Positions 36,572 through 49,290 of a stretch of 64,000 nt of DNA are shown here, one piece after another. Every line of letters begins with the position of its first letter. Position 1 is the first letter of the stretch. The notes beneath the pieces are model-generated. The model searched no databases, was not told where the DNA came from, and worked only from the letters and a program-made list of their open reading frames with translations. Source of the DNA: Mobula hypostoma (Eukaryota); contig NC_086098.1 of the NCBI RefSeq assembly GCF_963921235.1, positions 2,232,001 to 2,296,000 on the forward strand, written 5' to 3'. Position numbers and translations under genes: made by a program.

Positions 36572-39304
36572 CAGATCACCTCTCCTCCTCCGTCGCTCCA
36601 ACGAGAAAAGGCCAAGTTCACTCAACCTGTTTTCATAAGGCATGCTCCCCAATCCAGGCAACATACTTGTAAATCTCCTCTGCACCCTTTCTATGGCTTC
36701 CACATCCTTCCTGTAGTGAGGCGACCAGAACTGAGCACAGTACTCCAAGTGGGGTCTGATCAGGGTCCTATATAGCTGCAACATTACCTCTTGGTTCCTA
36801 AATTAAATTCCATGATTGATGAAGGCCAATACACCGTATGCCTTCTTAACCACAGAGTCAACCTGCGCAGCTGTTTTGAGCTTCCTATGGATCCCGACCC
36901 CAAGATCCCTCTGATCCTCCACACTGCCAAGAGTCTTACCATTAATACTATATTCTGCCATCATATTTGACCTACCAAAATGATCCACTTCACACTTATC
37001 TGGGTTGAACTCCATCTGCCACTTCTCAGCCCAGTTTTGAATCCTATCAATGTCCAGCTGTAACCTCTGACAGCCCTCCACAGTATCCACACCTCCAACC
37101 TTTATGTCATTAGCACACTTACTAACCCATTCCTCCACTTCTTCATCCATGTCATTTATAAAAATCACAAAGAGTAAGGAACCTAGAACAGATCCCTGAG
37201 GCACACCACTGGTCACTGACCTCCATGCAGAATAAGACCCGTCTATAACCACTCTGCCTTCTGTGGGCAAGCCAGTTCTGGATCCACAAAGCAATGTCCC
37301 CTTGGATCCCATGCCCCCTTACTTTCTCAATAAGCCTTGAATGGGCTACCTTATTAATTGCCTTGCTGAAATTCATATATACTACATCTACTTCTCTTCC
37401 TTCATCAATGTGTTTAGTCACATCCTCAAAAAATTCAATCAGGCTCATAAGGCACGACCTGCCCTTGACAAAGCCATGCTGACTACTCCTATTCATATTA
37501 TACCTCTCCAAATGTTCATAAACCCTGCCTCTTAGGATCTTCTCCATCAGCTTACCAACCACTAAGACCCACTGGTCTATAATTTCCTGGGCTATCTCTA
37601 CTCCCTTTCTTGAATAAAGGAACAACATTCGCAACCCTCCAATTCTCCGGAACCTCTCCCGTCCCCATTGATGATGCAAAGATCATCACCAGAAGCACAG
37701 CAATTTCTTCTCTCGCCTCCCACAGTAGCTTGGGGTACATCTCATCCGGTCCCGACAACTTATCCAACTTGATGCTTTCCAAAAGCTCCAGCACATCCTC
37801 TTTCTTAATATCTACATGCTCAAGCTTTTCAGTCTGCTGCAAGTCATCACTACAATCACCAAGATCCTTTTCCATAGTGAATACTGAAGTAAAGTATTCA
37901 CTAAGTACCTCTGCTATTTCCTCCGGTTCCATACACACTTTGCCACTGTCACACTTGATAGGTCCTATTCTTTCACGTCTTATCCTCTTGCTCTTCACAT
38001 ACTTGTAGAATGCCTTGCAGTTTTCCATAATCCTGCCCGCCAAGGCCTTCTCATGACCCCTTCTGTCTCTCCTAATTTCCTTCTTAAGCTCCTTCCTATT
38101 AGCCTTATAATCTTCTAGATCTCTAACATTACCTAGCTCTCTGAACTTTTTCTAAGCTTTTCTTTTCTTCTTGACTGGACTTATTACAGCCTTTGTACAC
38201 CACGATTCCTGTACCCTACCATAACTTCCCTGTCTCATTGGAACGTACCTATACAGAACTTCACACAAATATTCCCTGAATATTTGTTACATTTCTTCCG
38301 TAATTTACCCTGAGAATATCTATTTCCAAATTAAGCCTCCAATTTCCTGCCTGATAACTTCATAATTCCCCTTACTCCAATTAAATGCTTTTCTAATTTG
38401 TCTGTTCCTATCTCTCTCCAATGCGATTGTACAGGAGACAGAATTATGATCACTATCTCCAAAATGCTCTCCCACTGACAGACTTGACATCTGACCAGGT
38501 TCATTTCCCAATACCAAATCAAGTACAGTCTCTCCTCTTGTAGGCTTACCTACATATTGTGTCAAGGAACCTTCCTGAACACACCTAACAAACTCCACTC
38601 CATCTAAACCCCTTGCTCTAGGGAGATGCCAATCGATACTTGGAAATTAAAATTTCCCATCACGACAACTCTGTTTATTATTACACCTTTCCAGAATCTG
38701 TTTCCCTATCTGCCCCGCGATATCCCTGTTACTATTGGGCGGCCTATAAAAAACGCCCAGTAAAGTTATTGACCCCTTCCTGTTCCTAATCTCCACCCAC
38801 AGAGACTCCCTAGACAATCCCTCCATGGCGTCCCTCTTTTCTGCAGCGGTGACACTATCTCTGATGAACCATGCCCCCACCTCTTTTGCCTCCCTCCCTG
38901 TCCTTTCTGAAACATCTAAAACCCAGCACTTGACGTAACCATTCCTGTCCCTGAGCCATCCAAGTCTCTGTAGTGGCCACCACATCATAGCTCCAAGTAC
39001 TGCTCCACGCTCTAAGCTCATCCGCTTTGTTCACAACACTCCCTGCATTAAAATAGACACATCTCAAACCTTTGGTCTGAGCACATCCCTTCTCTATCAC
39101 CTGCCTATCCCTCTTGCACTGTCTCCAAACTTTCCCTATTTGTGAGCCAACCTCCTCTTCCCCAGTCTCTTCAGTTCGGTTCCCACCCCCCCAGCAATTC
39201 CAGTTTAAACTCTCCCCAATAGCCTTAGCAAACCTCCACGCCAGGATATTGGTCCCCCTGGGATTCAAGTACAACCTGCCCTTTTTGAACAGGTCACACC
39301 TGCC

Positions 39305-40154
39305 TCAAAAGAGGTCCCAATGATCCGGAAATCTGAATCCCTGCTCCCTGCTCCAATCCCTCAGCCACGCATTTATCTTCCACCTCATTCTATTCCTATA
39401 CTCACTGTCACGTGGCACAGGCAGTAATCCTGAGATTACTACCTTTGCGGTCCTGCTTCTCAACTTCCTTCCTAACTCCCTGTAGTCTTTTTTCAGGACC
39501 TCTTCCCTTTTCCTACCTATTTCATTGGTATCAATATGTACCACAACCTCTGGCTGTTCTCCCTCCCACCACAGGATATCTTAGATGCGATCTGAATCAT
39601 CCCAGACCCTGGCACCTGGGAGGTAAACTACCATTCGAGTTGCTTTCTTGCGTCCACAGAATCCCCTGTCTGACCCCCTAACTATAGAGTCCCCTATCAC
39701 TGCTGCCATGCTCTTCCTTTCCCTCCCCTTCTGAGCTACAGGGCTGGACTCTGTGCCAGAGGCACGGCCACTGTTGCTTCCCCCAGTTAAGCTGTCCCCC
39801 ACCAACAGTACTCAAACAGGAGTACTTATTATCAAGGGGTACAGCCACAGGGGTACTGTCTGGTACCTGACTCTTCCCCTTCCCCTTCCTAACCGTAACC
39901 CACTTGCCTGCCTCCCATGGCCCCGGTGTGACCACCTGCCTATAACTCCTTTCTGTCACCTCCTCACTCTCCCTGACCAGGCGAAGGTCATCGAGCTGCA
40001 GCTCCAGTTCCCTAACTCGGTCCCTTAGAAGCTGCAGCTCGACACATCGGGTGCAGATGCGGGGGTCCGGGAGGCTGGGAGACTCCAGGACCTCCCACAT
40101 CCGGCACCGAGAACAGAAAACCGGCCTCACACTCATACTACTTCCTTTCCGCAA
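39305..40154 (-). pseudogene. CR1 ORF1 (zinc finger, leucine zipper, SGNH/GDSL esterase), frameshifted
   Basis: CSRC..CTRC, LQLLRDRVRELELQLDDL, VIGDSIVRG, VHIDTNEI across three frames. Confidence 0.85.
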
Positions 40155-40529
40155 TTAACACAGTTAGACCTACCTCGCCTCATCCTGTTACCACCAAAGC
40201 CCTACCACTCTGCCGGCTCACTCCGCTGCCCGCTGGATACGGCGGCCTTCTTTTTAAACTTTCGCACGTTACTGGCTAACGCCATGCACCTGCGCAGTCT
40301 CACCTCTCTTTTACCCCGAGTGGTAAAGCTGCCCTCGCTCCAGAAAATCAGCCATTCACTGGCAGCCTTCTTGCTCGGAATCAAGAAATTCCGAGCCTTC
40401 TTGCTCTGTTCCCGTCTTCTTGCGGGTTATCTTCTTGCTCTTGATGTATGCATAGAATGACTTTGGCTTTGGTGTAATCCTACTTGTCGAGGACTTGTCA
40501 TGGGCTGACCTGGCTTTCCTAATTCCCCT

Positions 40530-43500
40530 CGAACACAGAACATGGAAACCAACAGCACATTACAGGCCCTTTGGCCCATAGTGTGCCGACCATGTAACCT
40601 ACTTGAGAAACTGCCCAGAATTTCCCTACCGCATAGCCCTCGATTTTTCTAAGCTCCATATACCTATCTAAGAGTCTCTTAAAAGACGCTATTGTATCTG
40701 CCTCGACCACCGTTGCTGGCAATGCATTCCACACACCCACCACTCTCTGTGTGAAAAACTTACCCCTGACATTCCCCTTCGTACCTACTTCCAAGCATCC
40801 TAAAACTATGCCTCTTGTGTTAGCCACTTCAGCCCTGAGAAAAAGACTCTGACTATCCACACGATCAATGTCTTTCATCATCTTATACACCTCTATCAGG
40901 TCACCTCTCATCCTCCGTCGCTCCAAGGAGGAAAGGCCAAGTTCACTCAACAAATTTTCATAAGGCATGCTCCCCAATCAAGGCAATATCCCTTTAAATT
41001 TTCTCTGCTCTCACTCTGTAGTATCCACATCCTTCCTGTAGTAAGGTGACCAGAACTGAGCACAGTACTCCAAGTGGGTTTTGATCAAGATCTTGTATAG
41101 CTGTAACGTTACCTCATGGCTTTTGAACTCAATCCCACAGCTGATGAATGGCAACACACTATATGCCTTCTTAGCAACACTGTCAACCTACACAGCAGCT
41201 TTGAGTGTCCTCTGGACACGGACCCCAAGATCTCTCTGATCCTACACACTGCCAGGAGTCTTACCATTCATATTATATTCTGTCTTTAAATTTGACCCAC
41301 CAAAATGAACTACTTCATTCTTACCATAAAAACCATAGAAACTACAGCACAGAAACAGGCCTTTTGGCACTTCTTGGCTGTGCCGAACCATTTTCTGCCT
41401 AGTCCCACTGACCTGCACACGGACCATATCCCTCCATACACCTCCCATCCATGTATCTGTCCAATTTATTCTTAAATGTTAAAAAAGAACCCGCATTTTT
41501 GCTGCCTGGCCTGCTGTGTTCACCAGCAACTTTGATGAGTGTTGCCTGCATTTACCACCTCGTCTGGCAGCTCATTCCATACTCCCACCACTCTCTGTGT
41601 GAGGAAGCCCCCCCGTAATGTTCCCTTTAAACTTTTCCCCCCTCAACCTTAACCCATGTCCTCTGGTTTTTTTCTCCCCTTGCCTCAGTGGAAAAAGCCT
41701 GCTTGCATTCACTCTATCTATACCCATCATAATTTTATATACCTCTATCAAATCTCCCCTCATTCTTCTACGCTCCAGGGAATAAAGTCCTAACCTATTC
41801 AACCTTTCTCTGTAACTCAGTTTCTCAAGTCCCGGCAACATCCTTGTAAATCTTCTCTGCACTCTTTCAACTTTATTTATATCCTTCCTGTAATTTGGTG
41901 AACAAAACTGAATGCAATACTCCAGATTCAGCCTCACCAATGCCTTATACAACCTCATCATAACATTCCAGCTCTTATACTCAATACTTTGATTAATAAA
42001 GGCCAATGTACCAAAAGCTCTCTTTACAACCCTATCTACCTGTGACGCTACTTTTAGGGAAATTTGTATCTGTATTCCCAGATCCCTCTGTTCCACTGCA
42101 CTCCTCAGTGCCTTACCATAACCCTGTATGCTCTACCTTGGTTTGAACTTCCAACATGCAATACCTCACATTTGTCTGTATTAAACTCCATCTGCCATTT
42201 TTCAGCCCATTTTTCCAGCTGGTCCAAGTCCCTCTGCAGGCTCTGAAAACCGTCCTCACTGTCTACTACACCTCCAATCTTTGTATCATCAGCAAATTTG
42301 CTGATCCAATTTACCACATTATCATCCAGATCATTGATATAGATGACAAATAACAATGGACCCAGCACTGATCCCTGTGGCACACCACTAGTCACAGGCC
42401 TCCACTCGGAGAAGCAATTCTCTACTACCACTCTTTGGCTTCTTCCGTTAAGCCAATGTCTAATCCAATTTACCACCTCTCAATGTATACCTAGTAACTG
42501 AATTTTCCTAACTAACCTCCCATGCGGGACCTTGTCAAAGGCCTTACTGAAGTCCATGTAGACAATATCCACTGCCTTCCCTTCATCCACTTTCCTGGTA
42601 ACTTCCTCGAAAAACTCCGATAGATTGGTCAAACATGACCTACCAGGCACAAAGCCATGTTGACTCTCCCTAATAAGTCCCAGTCTATCCAAATGCTTGT
42701 AGATTCTGTCTCTTAGTACTCCCTCCAATAACTTACCCACTACCGACGCTAAACTCACCGGCCTATAATTTCCCAGATTACTTTTGGATCCTTTTTTAAA
42801 CAACGGAACAATATGATCCACTCTCCAATCCTCCGGTACCTCACCTGTAGACAGCGACATTTTAAATATTTCTGCCAGGGCCCCTGCAATTTCAACACCA
42901 GTCTCCTTCGAGGTCCGAGGGAACACCCTGTCAGGTCCCGGGGATTTATCCACTTTAATTTTCCTCAAGACAGCAAGCACCTCCTCCTTTTCGATCTGTA
43001 CAGTTTCCATAATCTCACTACTTGTTTCCCTTAATTCCATAGACTTCATGCCAGTTTCCTTAGTAAATACAGATGCAAAAAACCTATTTAAGATCTTCCC
43101 CATTTCCTTTGGTTCCGCACATAGCCGACCACTCTGATCTTCAAGAGGACCAATTTTATCCCTTACAATCCTTTTGCTCTTAATATACCTGTAAAAGCTC
43201 TTTGGATTATCCTTCACTTTGACTGCCAAGGCAACCTCATGTCTTCTTTTAGCCCTCCTGATTTCTTTCTTAAGTATTTTCTTGCACTTCTTATACTCCT
43301 CAAGTACCTTATTTACTCCCTGCTTCCTATACATGTCATACAACTCCTTCTTCTTCTTCATCATCAGAGTTGCAATATCCCTTGAGAACCAAGGTTCCTT
43401 ACTCCTATTCACTTTGCCTTTAATCCTGACAGGAACATACAAATTCTGCACTCTCAAAATTTCTCCTTTGAAGGCTTTCCACCTACCAATCCACATCTTT

Positions 43501-44990
43501 GCCAGAGAATAACCTGTCCCAATCCACGCTTTTTAGATCCTTTTTATTTCTTCAAATTTGGCCTTCTTCCAGTTAAGAACCTCAACCCGAGGACCAGATC
43601 TATCCTTGTCCATGATCAAGTTGAAACTAATGGTGTTACGATCACTGGAACCAAAGTGCTCCCCTACACAGACTTCTGTCACTTATCCTAACTCGTTTCC
43701 TAACAGGAGATCCAATATTGCATCCCCTCTAGTTGGTCCCTCTATGTATTGATTTAGAAAACTTTCCTGAACACATTTTACAAACTCTAAACCATCTAGA
43801 CCCCTAACAGTATGGGAGTCCCAATCAATATATGGAAAATTAAAATCCCCTACCACCACAACTTTATGTTTCCTGCAGTTGCCTGCTATCTTTCTGCAGA
43901 TTTGCTCTTCCAATTCTCGTTGACTATTGGGTGGTCTGTAATACAATCCCACTAATGTGGCCATACCTTTCCTGTTTCTCAGCTCCACCCATAAGGACCC
44001 AGTAGACAAGCCCTCTAATCTGTCCTGCCTGAGCACTGCTGTAATATTTTCCCTAGATTTTCTTATCTGGGTTCAATCCAGATTTTCTTATGTGGGTTGA
44101 ACTCCATCTTCCACTTCTCAACCCAGTTCTGCATCTTATTGATGTCCCGCTATAATCTCTGACAACCTCCAGACTATCCACAACATCCCTGACCTTTGTG
44201 TCAAGAGCAAACTTACCAGCCCACCCTTCTACTTCTTCATCCAGGTCATTTATAAAAATCGCAAAGTGGAAGGGTCTAGAACAGATCCCCGCAGAACACC
44301 ACTGGTCACCAACCTTCATGCAGAATTTGAACCATCTACAACTACTCTTTGCCTTCAGTGGGCAAGCTAATATTGGATCCAGAAAGCAAGGTCTCCTTGG
44401 ATCCCATGCCTCCTTATTTCTAAATGAGCCTCACATGGGGAACCTTACTGAAATCCATATACACTACAGCTACTGTTCTGCCTTCTTCAATGTGCTTCAA
44501 TGACCTTCCTCAATGACCATCAATCATCTTCATCTAGTTCTTTTCTGTCTTCTTTATACTCCTTGTCCGCTTCATTTGATCCTAACTTTCCAAGCTTTAC
44601 ATACCTTTCCTTTTTCTTCTTGACTAAATTCATCACCTCTCTGAACGTCCTTCCTTCGAACAGGAACACACCTTTTCTGGTTTTTTTGTGCATTTGAACA
44701 CCTTCCACATGTCTGATGTGGACATGCCAGAGAAAAGGTGTTCCCAATTAACACCTCCTGCCTAATGCCCTCATAATTTGTCCTACTCCAACTTAAAGTT
44801 CTTCTGCAAGGATAAGACTTATCTTTATCTCTAGTGATCCTGAAAGATAAAGAGTTGTGTTTGCTGCCTAACTGCTGACCTACTGTAAGGTCAGTCACCT
44901 GACACAGCTCATTACCCAACACCAGTCCCATTACGGCCCTTCCTCTCGTTGGACTGTCCACACCTTGAGTTAAGAGACCTTCCTGAATAC
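40530..44990 (-). mobile_element. Older CR1 split by the CR1 at 41324-44054
   Basis: ORF 40519-40977 is the 3' end; RT resumes at about 44085 (EWAGKFALDTKV region). Confidence 0.8.
41324..44054 (-). mobile_element. CR1 LINE (EN C-terminus plus RT), 5' truncated
   Basis: ORFs 43683-44036 (GLYYRPP, VVGDFNFP), 42480-43496, 42105-42476 (FADD), 41572-42096; TTTCTATGG tail. Confidence 0.93.
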
Positions 44991-47735
44991 CATAAGACCC
45001 TAAGACCAAAATTAGGCCATTTGGCCCATCGAGGCTGCTCTGCCATTTCATGATGGCTGATCCATTCTTCCTCTCAGTCCCAATCTGTTGCCAACCCCCT
45101 GCATCACTCCATGCCCTGACCAATCAAGAATCTGTTAATCTCTGCCTTAAATATACATACAGATGACTTCCACAGCTGCCTGTGGCAAAGAATTCCACAG
45201 ATTCACCACTCTCTGGCTAAAGAAATTCCTCCTCATCTCCATTCTAAAAAGGACCCTCTACTGTGAGCCGCGTTGTCTGGTCTTAGACTCTCCCATCAAT
45301 GGAATCATCCACTCCCCATTCACTCTATTAAGGACTTCCACTATTGGATAGGTTTCAAGCAGGTCACCCTTCATTCTTCTGAATTCCAGTGACCATGGCC
45401 TTCAAACATTCTTCATTTGACAAACATGGAAAAGGATAGAATCAGAGAGGACAGGAAAATTTTTAATTGGGGAAAGACAAATTATGAGGCTATAAGGCTA
45501 GAACTTGCGGGTGTGAATTGGGATGATGTTTTTGCAGGGAAATGTACTATGGGCATGTGGTCGATGTTTAGAGATCTCTTGCGGGATGTTAGGGATAAAA
45601 TTGACCCGGTGAGGAAGATAAAGAATGGTAGGGTGAAGGAACCATGGGTGACAAGTGAGGTGGAAAATCTAGTCAGGTAGAAGAAGGCAGCATACATGAG
45701 ATTTAGGAAGCAAGGATCAGATGGGTCTATTGAGAAAGGAGCTTAAGAAGGGGCTGAGAAGAGCACGAAGGGGGCATGAGAAGGCTTGGCAAGTAGGGTA
45801 AAGGTAAACCCCAAGGCATTCTTCAATTATGTGAGAAAAAAAGGATGACAGGAGTGAAGGTAGGACCGATTAGAGATAAAGGTGGGAAGATGTGCCTGGA
45901 GGCTGTGGAAGTGAGCAAGGTCCTCAATGAATACTTCTCTTCGGTATTCACCAATGAAGGTGAGCTTGATGATGGTGAGGACAATATGAGTGAGGTTGAT
46001 GTTCTGGAGCATCTTGATATTAAGGGAGAGGAGGTGTTGGGGTTGTTAAAATACATTAGGACGGATAAGTCCCCGGGGCCTGACGGAATATTCCCCAGGC
46101 TGCTCCACGAGGTGAGGGAAGAGATTGCTGAGCCTCTGGCTAGGATCTTTATGTCCTTGTTGTCCACGGGAAGGGTACCGGAGGATTGGAGGGAGACGAA
46201 TGTTGTCCCCTTGTTCAAAAAAGGTAGTAGGGATAGTCCAGGTAATTATAGACCAGTGAGCCTTACGTCTGTGGTGGGAAAGCTGTTGGAAAAGATTCTT
46301 AGAGATAGGATCTCTGGGCATTTAGAGAATCATGGTCTGATCAGGGACAGTCAGCATGGCTTTGTGAAGTGCAGATCATGTCTAACAAGCTTGATAGAGT
46401 TCTTTGAGGACGTGACCAGCCATATAGATGAGGGTAGTGTAGTGGATGTGATCTATATAGATTTTAGTAAGGCATTTGACAAGGTTCCACACGGTAGGCT
46501 TATTCAGAAAGTTAGAAGGCATGGGATCCACGGAAGTTTGGCCGGGTGGATCCAGAATTGGCTTGCCTGCAGAAGGCAGAGAGTGCTGGTGGAGGGAGTA
46601 CACTCAGATTGGAGGATTGTGACTAGTGGTGTCCCAAAAGGATCTGTTCTGGGACCTCTACTTTTCGTGATTTTTATTAACGACCTGGATGTTGGGGTAG
46701 AAGGGTGGGTTGGCAAGTTTGCAGACAACACGAAGGTTGGTGGTGTTGTAGATAGTGTAGAGGATTGTCAGAGATTGCAGAGAGACATTGATAGGATGCA
46801 GGAGTGGGCTGAGAAGTGGCAGATGGAGTTCAACCCAGAGAAGTGTGAGGTGGTACCCTTTGGAAGGACAAACTCCAAGGCACAGTACAAAGTAAATGGC
46901 AGGATACTTGGTAGTGTGGAGGAGCAGAGGGATCTGGGGGTACATGTCCACAGATCCCTGAAAGTTGCCTCACAGGTGGATAGGGTAGTTAAGAAAGCTT
47001 TTGGGGTGTTAGCTTTCATAAGTTGAGGGATAGAGTTTAAGAGTCGCAATGTAATGATGCAGCTCTATAAAACTCTGGTTAGGCCACACTTGGAGTACTG
47101 TGTCCAGTTCTGGTCACCTCACTATAGGAAGGATGTGGAAGCATTGGAAAGGGTACAGAGAAGATTTACCAGGATGCTGCCTGGTTTAGAAAGTATGCAT
47201 TATGATCAGAGATTAAGGGAGCTAGGGCTTTACTCTTTGGAGAGAAGGAGGATGATAGGAGACATGATAGAGGTGTACAAGATAATAAGAGGAATAGATA
47301 GAGTGGATAGCCAGCGCCTCTTCCCCAGGGCACCACTGCTCAATACAAGAGGACATAGCTTTAAGGTAAGGGGTGGGAAGTTCAAGGGGGATATTAGAGG
47401 AAGGTTTTTTACTCAGAGAGTGGATGGTGCGTGGAATGCACTGCCTGAGTCAGTGGTGGAGGCAGATACACTAGTGAAGTTTAAGAGACTACTAGACAGG
47501 TCTATGGAGGAATTTAAGGTGGGGGCTTATATGGTAGGCAGTGTTTGAGGGTCGGCACAACATTGTGGGCCGAAGGGCCTGTACTGTGCTGTAGTATTCT
47601 ATGTTCTATGTTCTATAAACCATTCAATTCTGGAATCATTTTCGTGAACCTCCTTTGAACCCTCTCCAGTTTCAGTCTTTACCTTTCTAAGTTAAGGGGC
47701 CCAAAACTGATCACAAAGCTCCAAGTAGGTCTCTT
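44990..47735 (-). mobile_element. Old CR1 3' fragment split by a young CR1
   Basis: 3' part 44990-45425, resumes 47617-47735. Confidence 0.75.
45426..47616 (+). mobile_element. Young CR1 LINE, 5' truncated
   Basis: ORFs 45845-47026 and 47054-47548; (TTCTATG)n tail; AAAC duplicated at 45422-45425 and 47617-47620. Confidence 0.95.
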
Positions 47736-47829
47736 ATGCTTAACAAATTCTGACCAATCTCAACCCCTTGCATGAAGAAGGTTTCAGTTTGTATTAGGGA
47801 AATTGAAATCCCCCAAATAGAAAACACTA

Positions 47830-48310
47830 TCAGAGCAGCAGTGGCTGGAGTTTATACGAGAAGTGAGGAAGGTGCAAGACAGGTATATTCCAAAAAAGAA
47901 GAAATTTTCGAGTGGAAAAAGGATGCAACCGTGGTTGACAAGAGAAGTCAAAGCCAACCTTAAAGCAAAGGAGAGGGCATACAAGGAAGCAAAAATTAGC
48001 GGGAAGACAGAGGATTGGGAAGTTTTTAAAAGCTTACAAAAGGAAACTAAGAAGGTTATTAAGAGGGAAAAGATTAACTATGAAAGGAAGCTAGCAAATA
48101 ATATCAAAGTGGATACTAAAAGCTTTTTCAAGTATATAAAGAGTAAAAGACAGGTGAGAGTAGTTTGGATAGGTACACTGACGGGAGGGGAATGGAGGGC
48201 TATGGTCTGGGTGCAGATCGATGGGACTAGGCAGATTAATAGTTGAGCATGAACCAGATGGACTGAAGGGCCTGTTTCTGTGCCACAGTGCCCTGTGACT
48301 TTATGATGTT
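47830..48310 (+). mobile_element. CR1 linker fragment joined to a CR1 3' end
   Basis: ORF 47863-48246 QDRYIPKKK..PWLTREVK..KSFFKYIKSKR, then a jump to 3' end sequence at about 48162. Confidence 0.75.
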
Positions 48311-48392
48311 TGCCACTGCAGTTGGTCATGAGGGGAATCACAGTCACGTACAACCTTGTCCTTATCCGCTGTGCACACAGAAGTGCTTCCAC

Positions 48393-48670
48393 GCACGGTA
48401 GTGTAGCAGTTAACACGACGCTATTACAGCTCAGAGTTTGGATTCAATTCCAGCGCCCTCCGTAAGCAACTTTGTTTCCCCCCCTGTGTGTGCACGGGTT
48501 TCCCATGGAAACTGTGGGGGCTCTGCTTTCCTCCCACATATCAAAGATGTACCAGTTAATTGGTCATTGTAAATTGCGGTGGAGTAGGCTAGTGTTAAGT
48601 AGGTGGGTTACTGGAACGTGTGGCTCGTTGGGCCTGTTCCACACTCTACTGTAACGAACCAACTAACTAC
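48393..48670 (+). mobile_element. V-SINE
   Basis: CACGGTAGTGTAGCAGTTA head, GATTCAATTCC B-box-like, CTCTGCTTTCCTCCCACA V-domain. Confidence 0.7.
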
Positions 48671-49290
48671 ATAGACAGATTGATAGATAAACAAAGAAGC
48701 GAGCAAGTCCTTGGGCCTGATGTGGCTCAGACCAATATCTAATTATCAAGGAGCCCACAGTACATTGCTAAACCACATCTTATTAAAGTTCAAGTTTATC
48801 GTTACTTGACTGTACATATATAAAACCAAGTGAAACAACATTCCTGCAGACCAGTGAGCACCCACAAAACATATATCACACACAGCACATAAAACAAAAT
48901 ATTACCATGTATAAATTAATGAAATATAATTCAAAATGCATGTAGTGTGCAGCACAGATAAACAGCAAACAGTAAACAGTAGTATTAAAACATTAAAAGA
49001 TAACTTTAAAATCCAACAATCTGTTATAAAATTGATCGGAATTCTGTCTGCTTGTTCTACAGTTTATGGTCAGTGATCTCACACTGTTATACAGCAGAGT
49101 GTCAGATTAGACATTTTATTTTGCAGTTTTGTAGAAATTCTGATTTAACTATTTCAGGTTATGGAGATTGGAATTTACTCTGGAACTGACTAAAGAGCAT
49201 TATGCTTTATGTGTTCTTCTTTGCATGAATGTCCCATAAGTTTGAATAAATAGTAAAACTGCAACGGTAACCGAGAATACGGTTCCTTAT

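Larger units (their letters stand above)
34728..40390 (-). mobile_element. Near-full-length CR1 LINE (5' UTR, ORF1, ORF2, tail), inactivated, interrupted by a second CR1
   Basis: ORF1 40154-39305; EN LRCVYFNAGSVVNK..ETW, GVFYRPPNS, GDSDHN; RT 38043-36572; 3' end 35082-34728 with TTTCTATG repeats. Confidence 0.93.

Noticed and set aside
35180..36784. Host gene or domesticated RT
   Set aside because: Explained by a nested CR1 junction; a near-identical sister copy lies at 53980-54768
25429..47616. Segmental duplication or LTR pair
   Set aside because: Similarity stops at the CR1 boundaries and the flanks are unrelated
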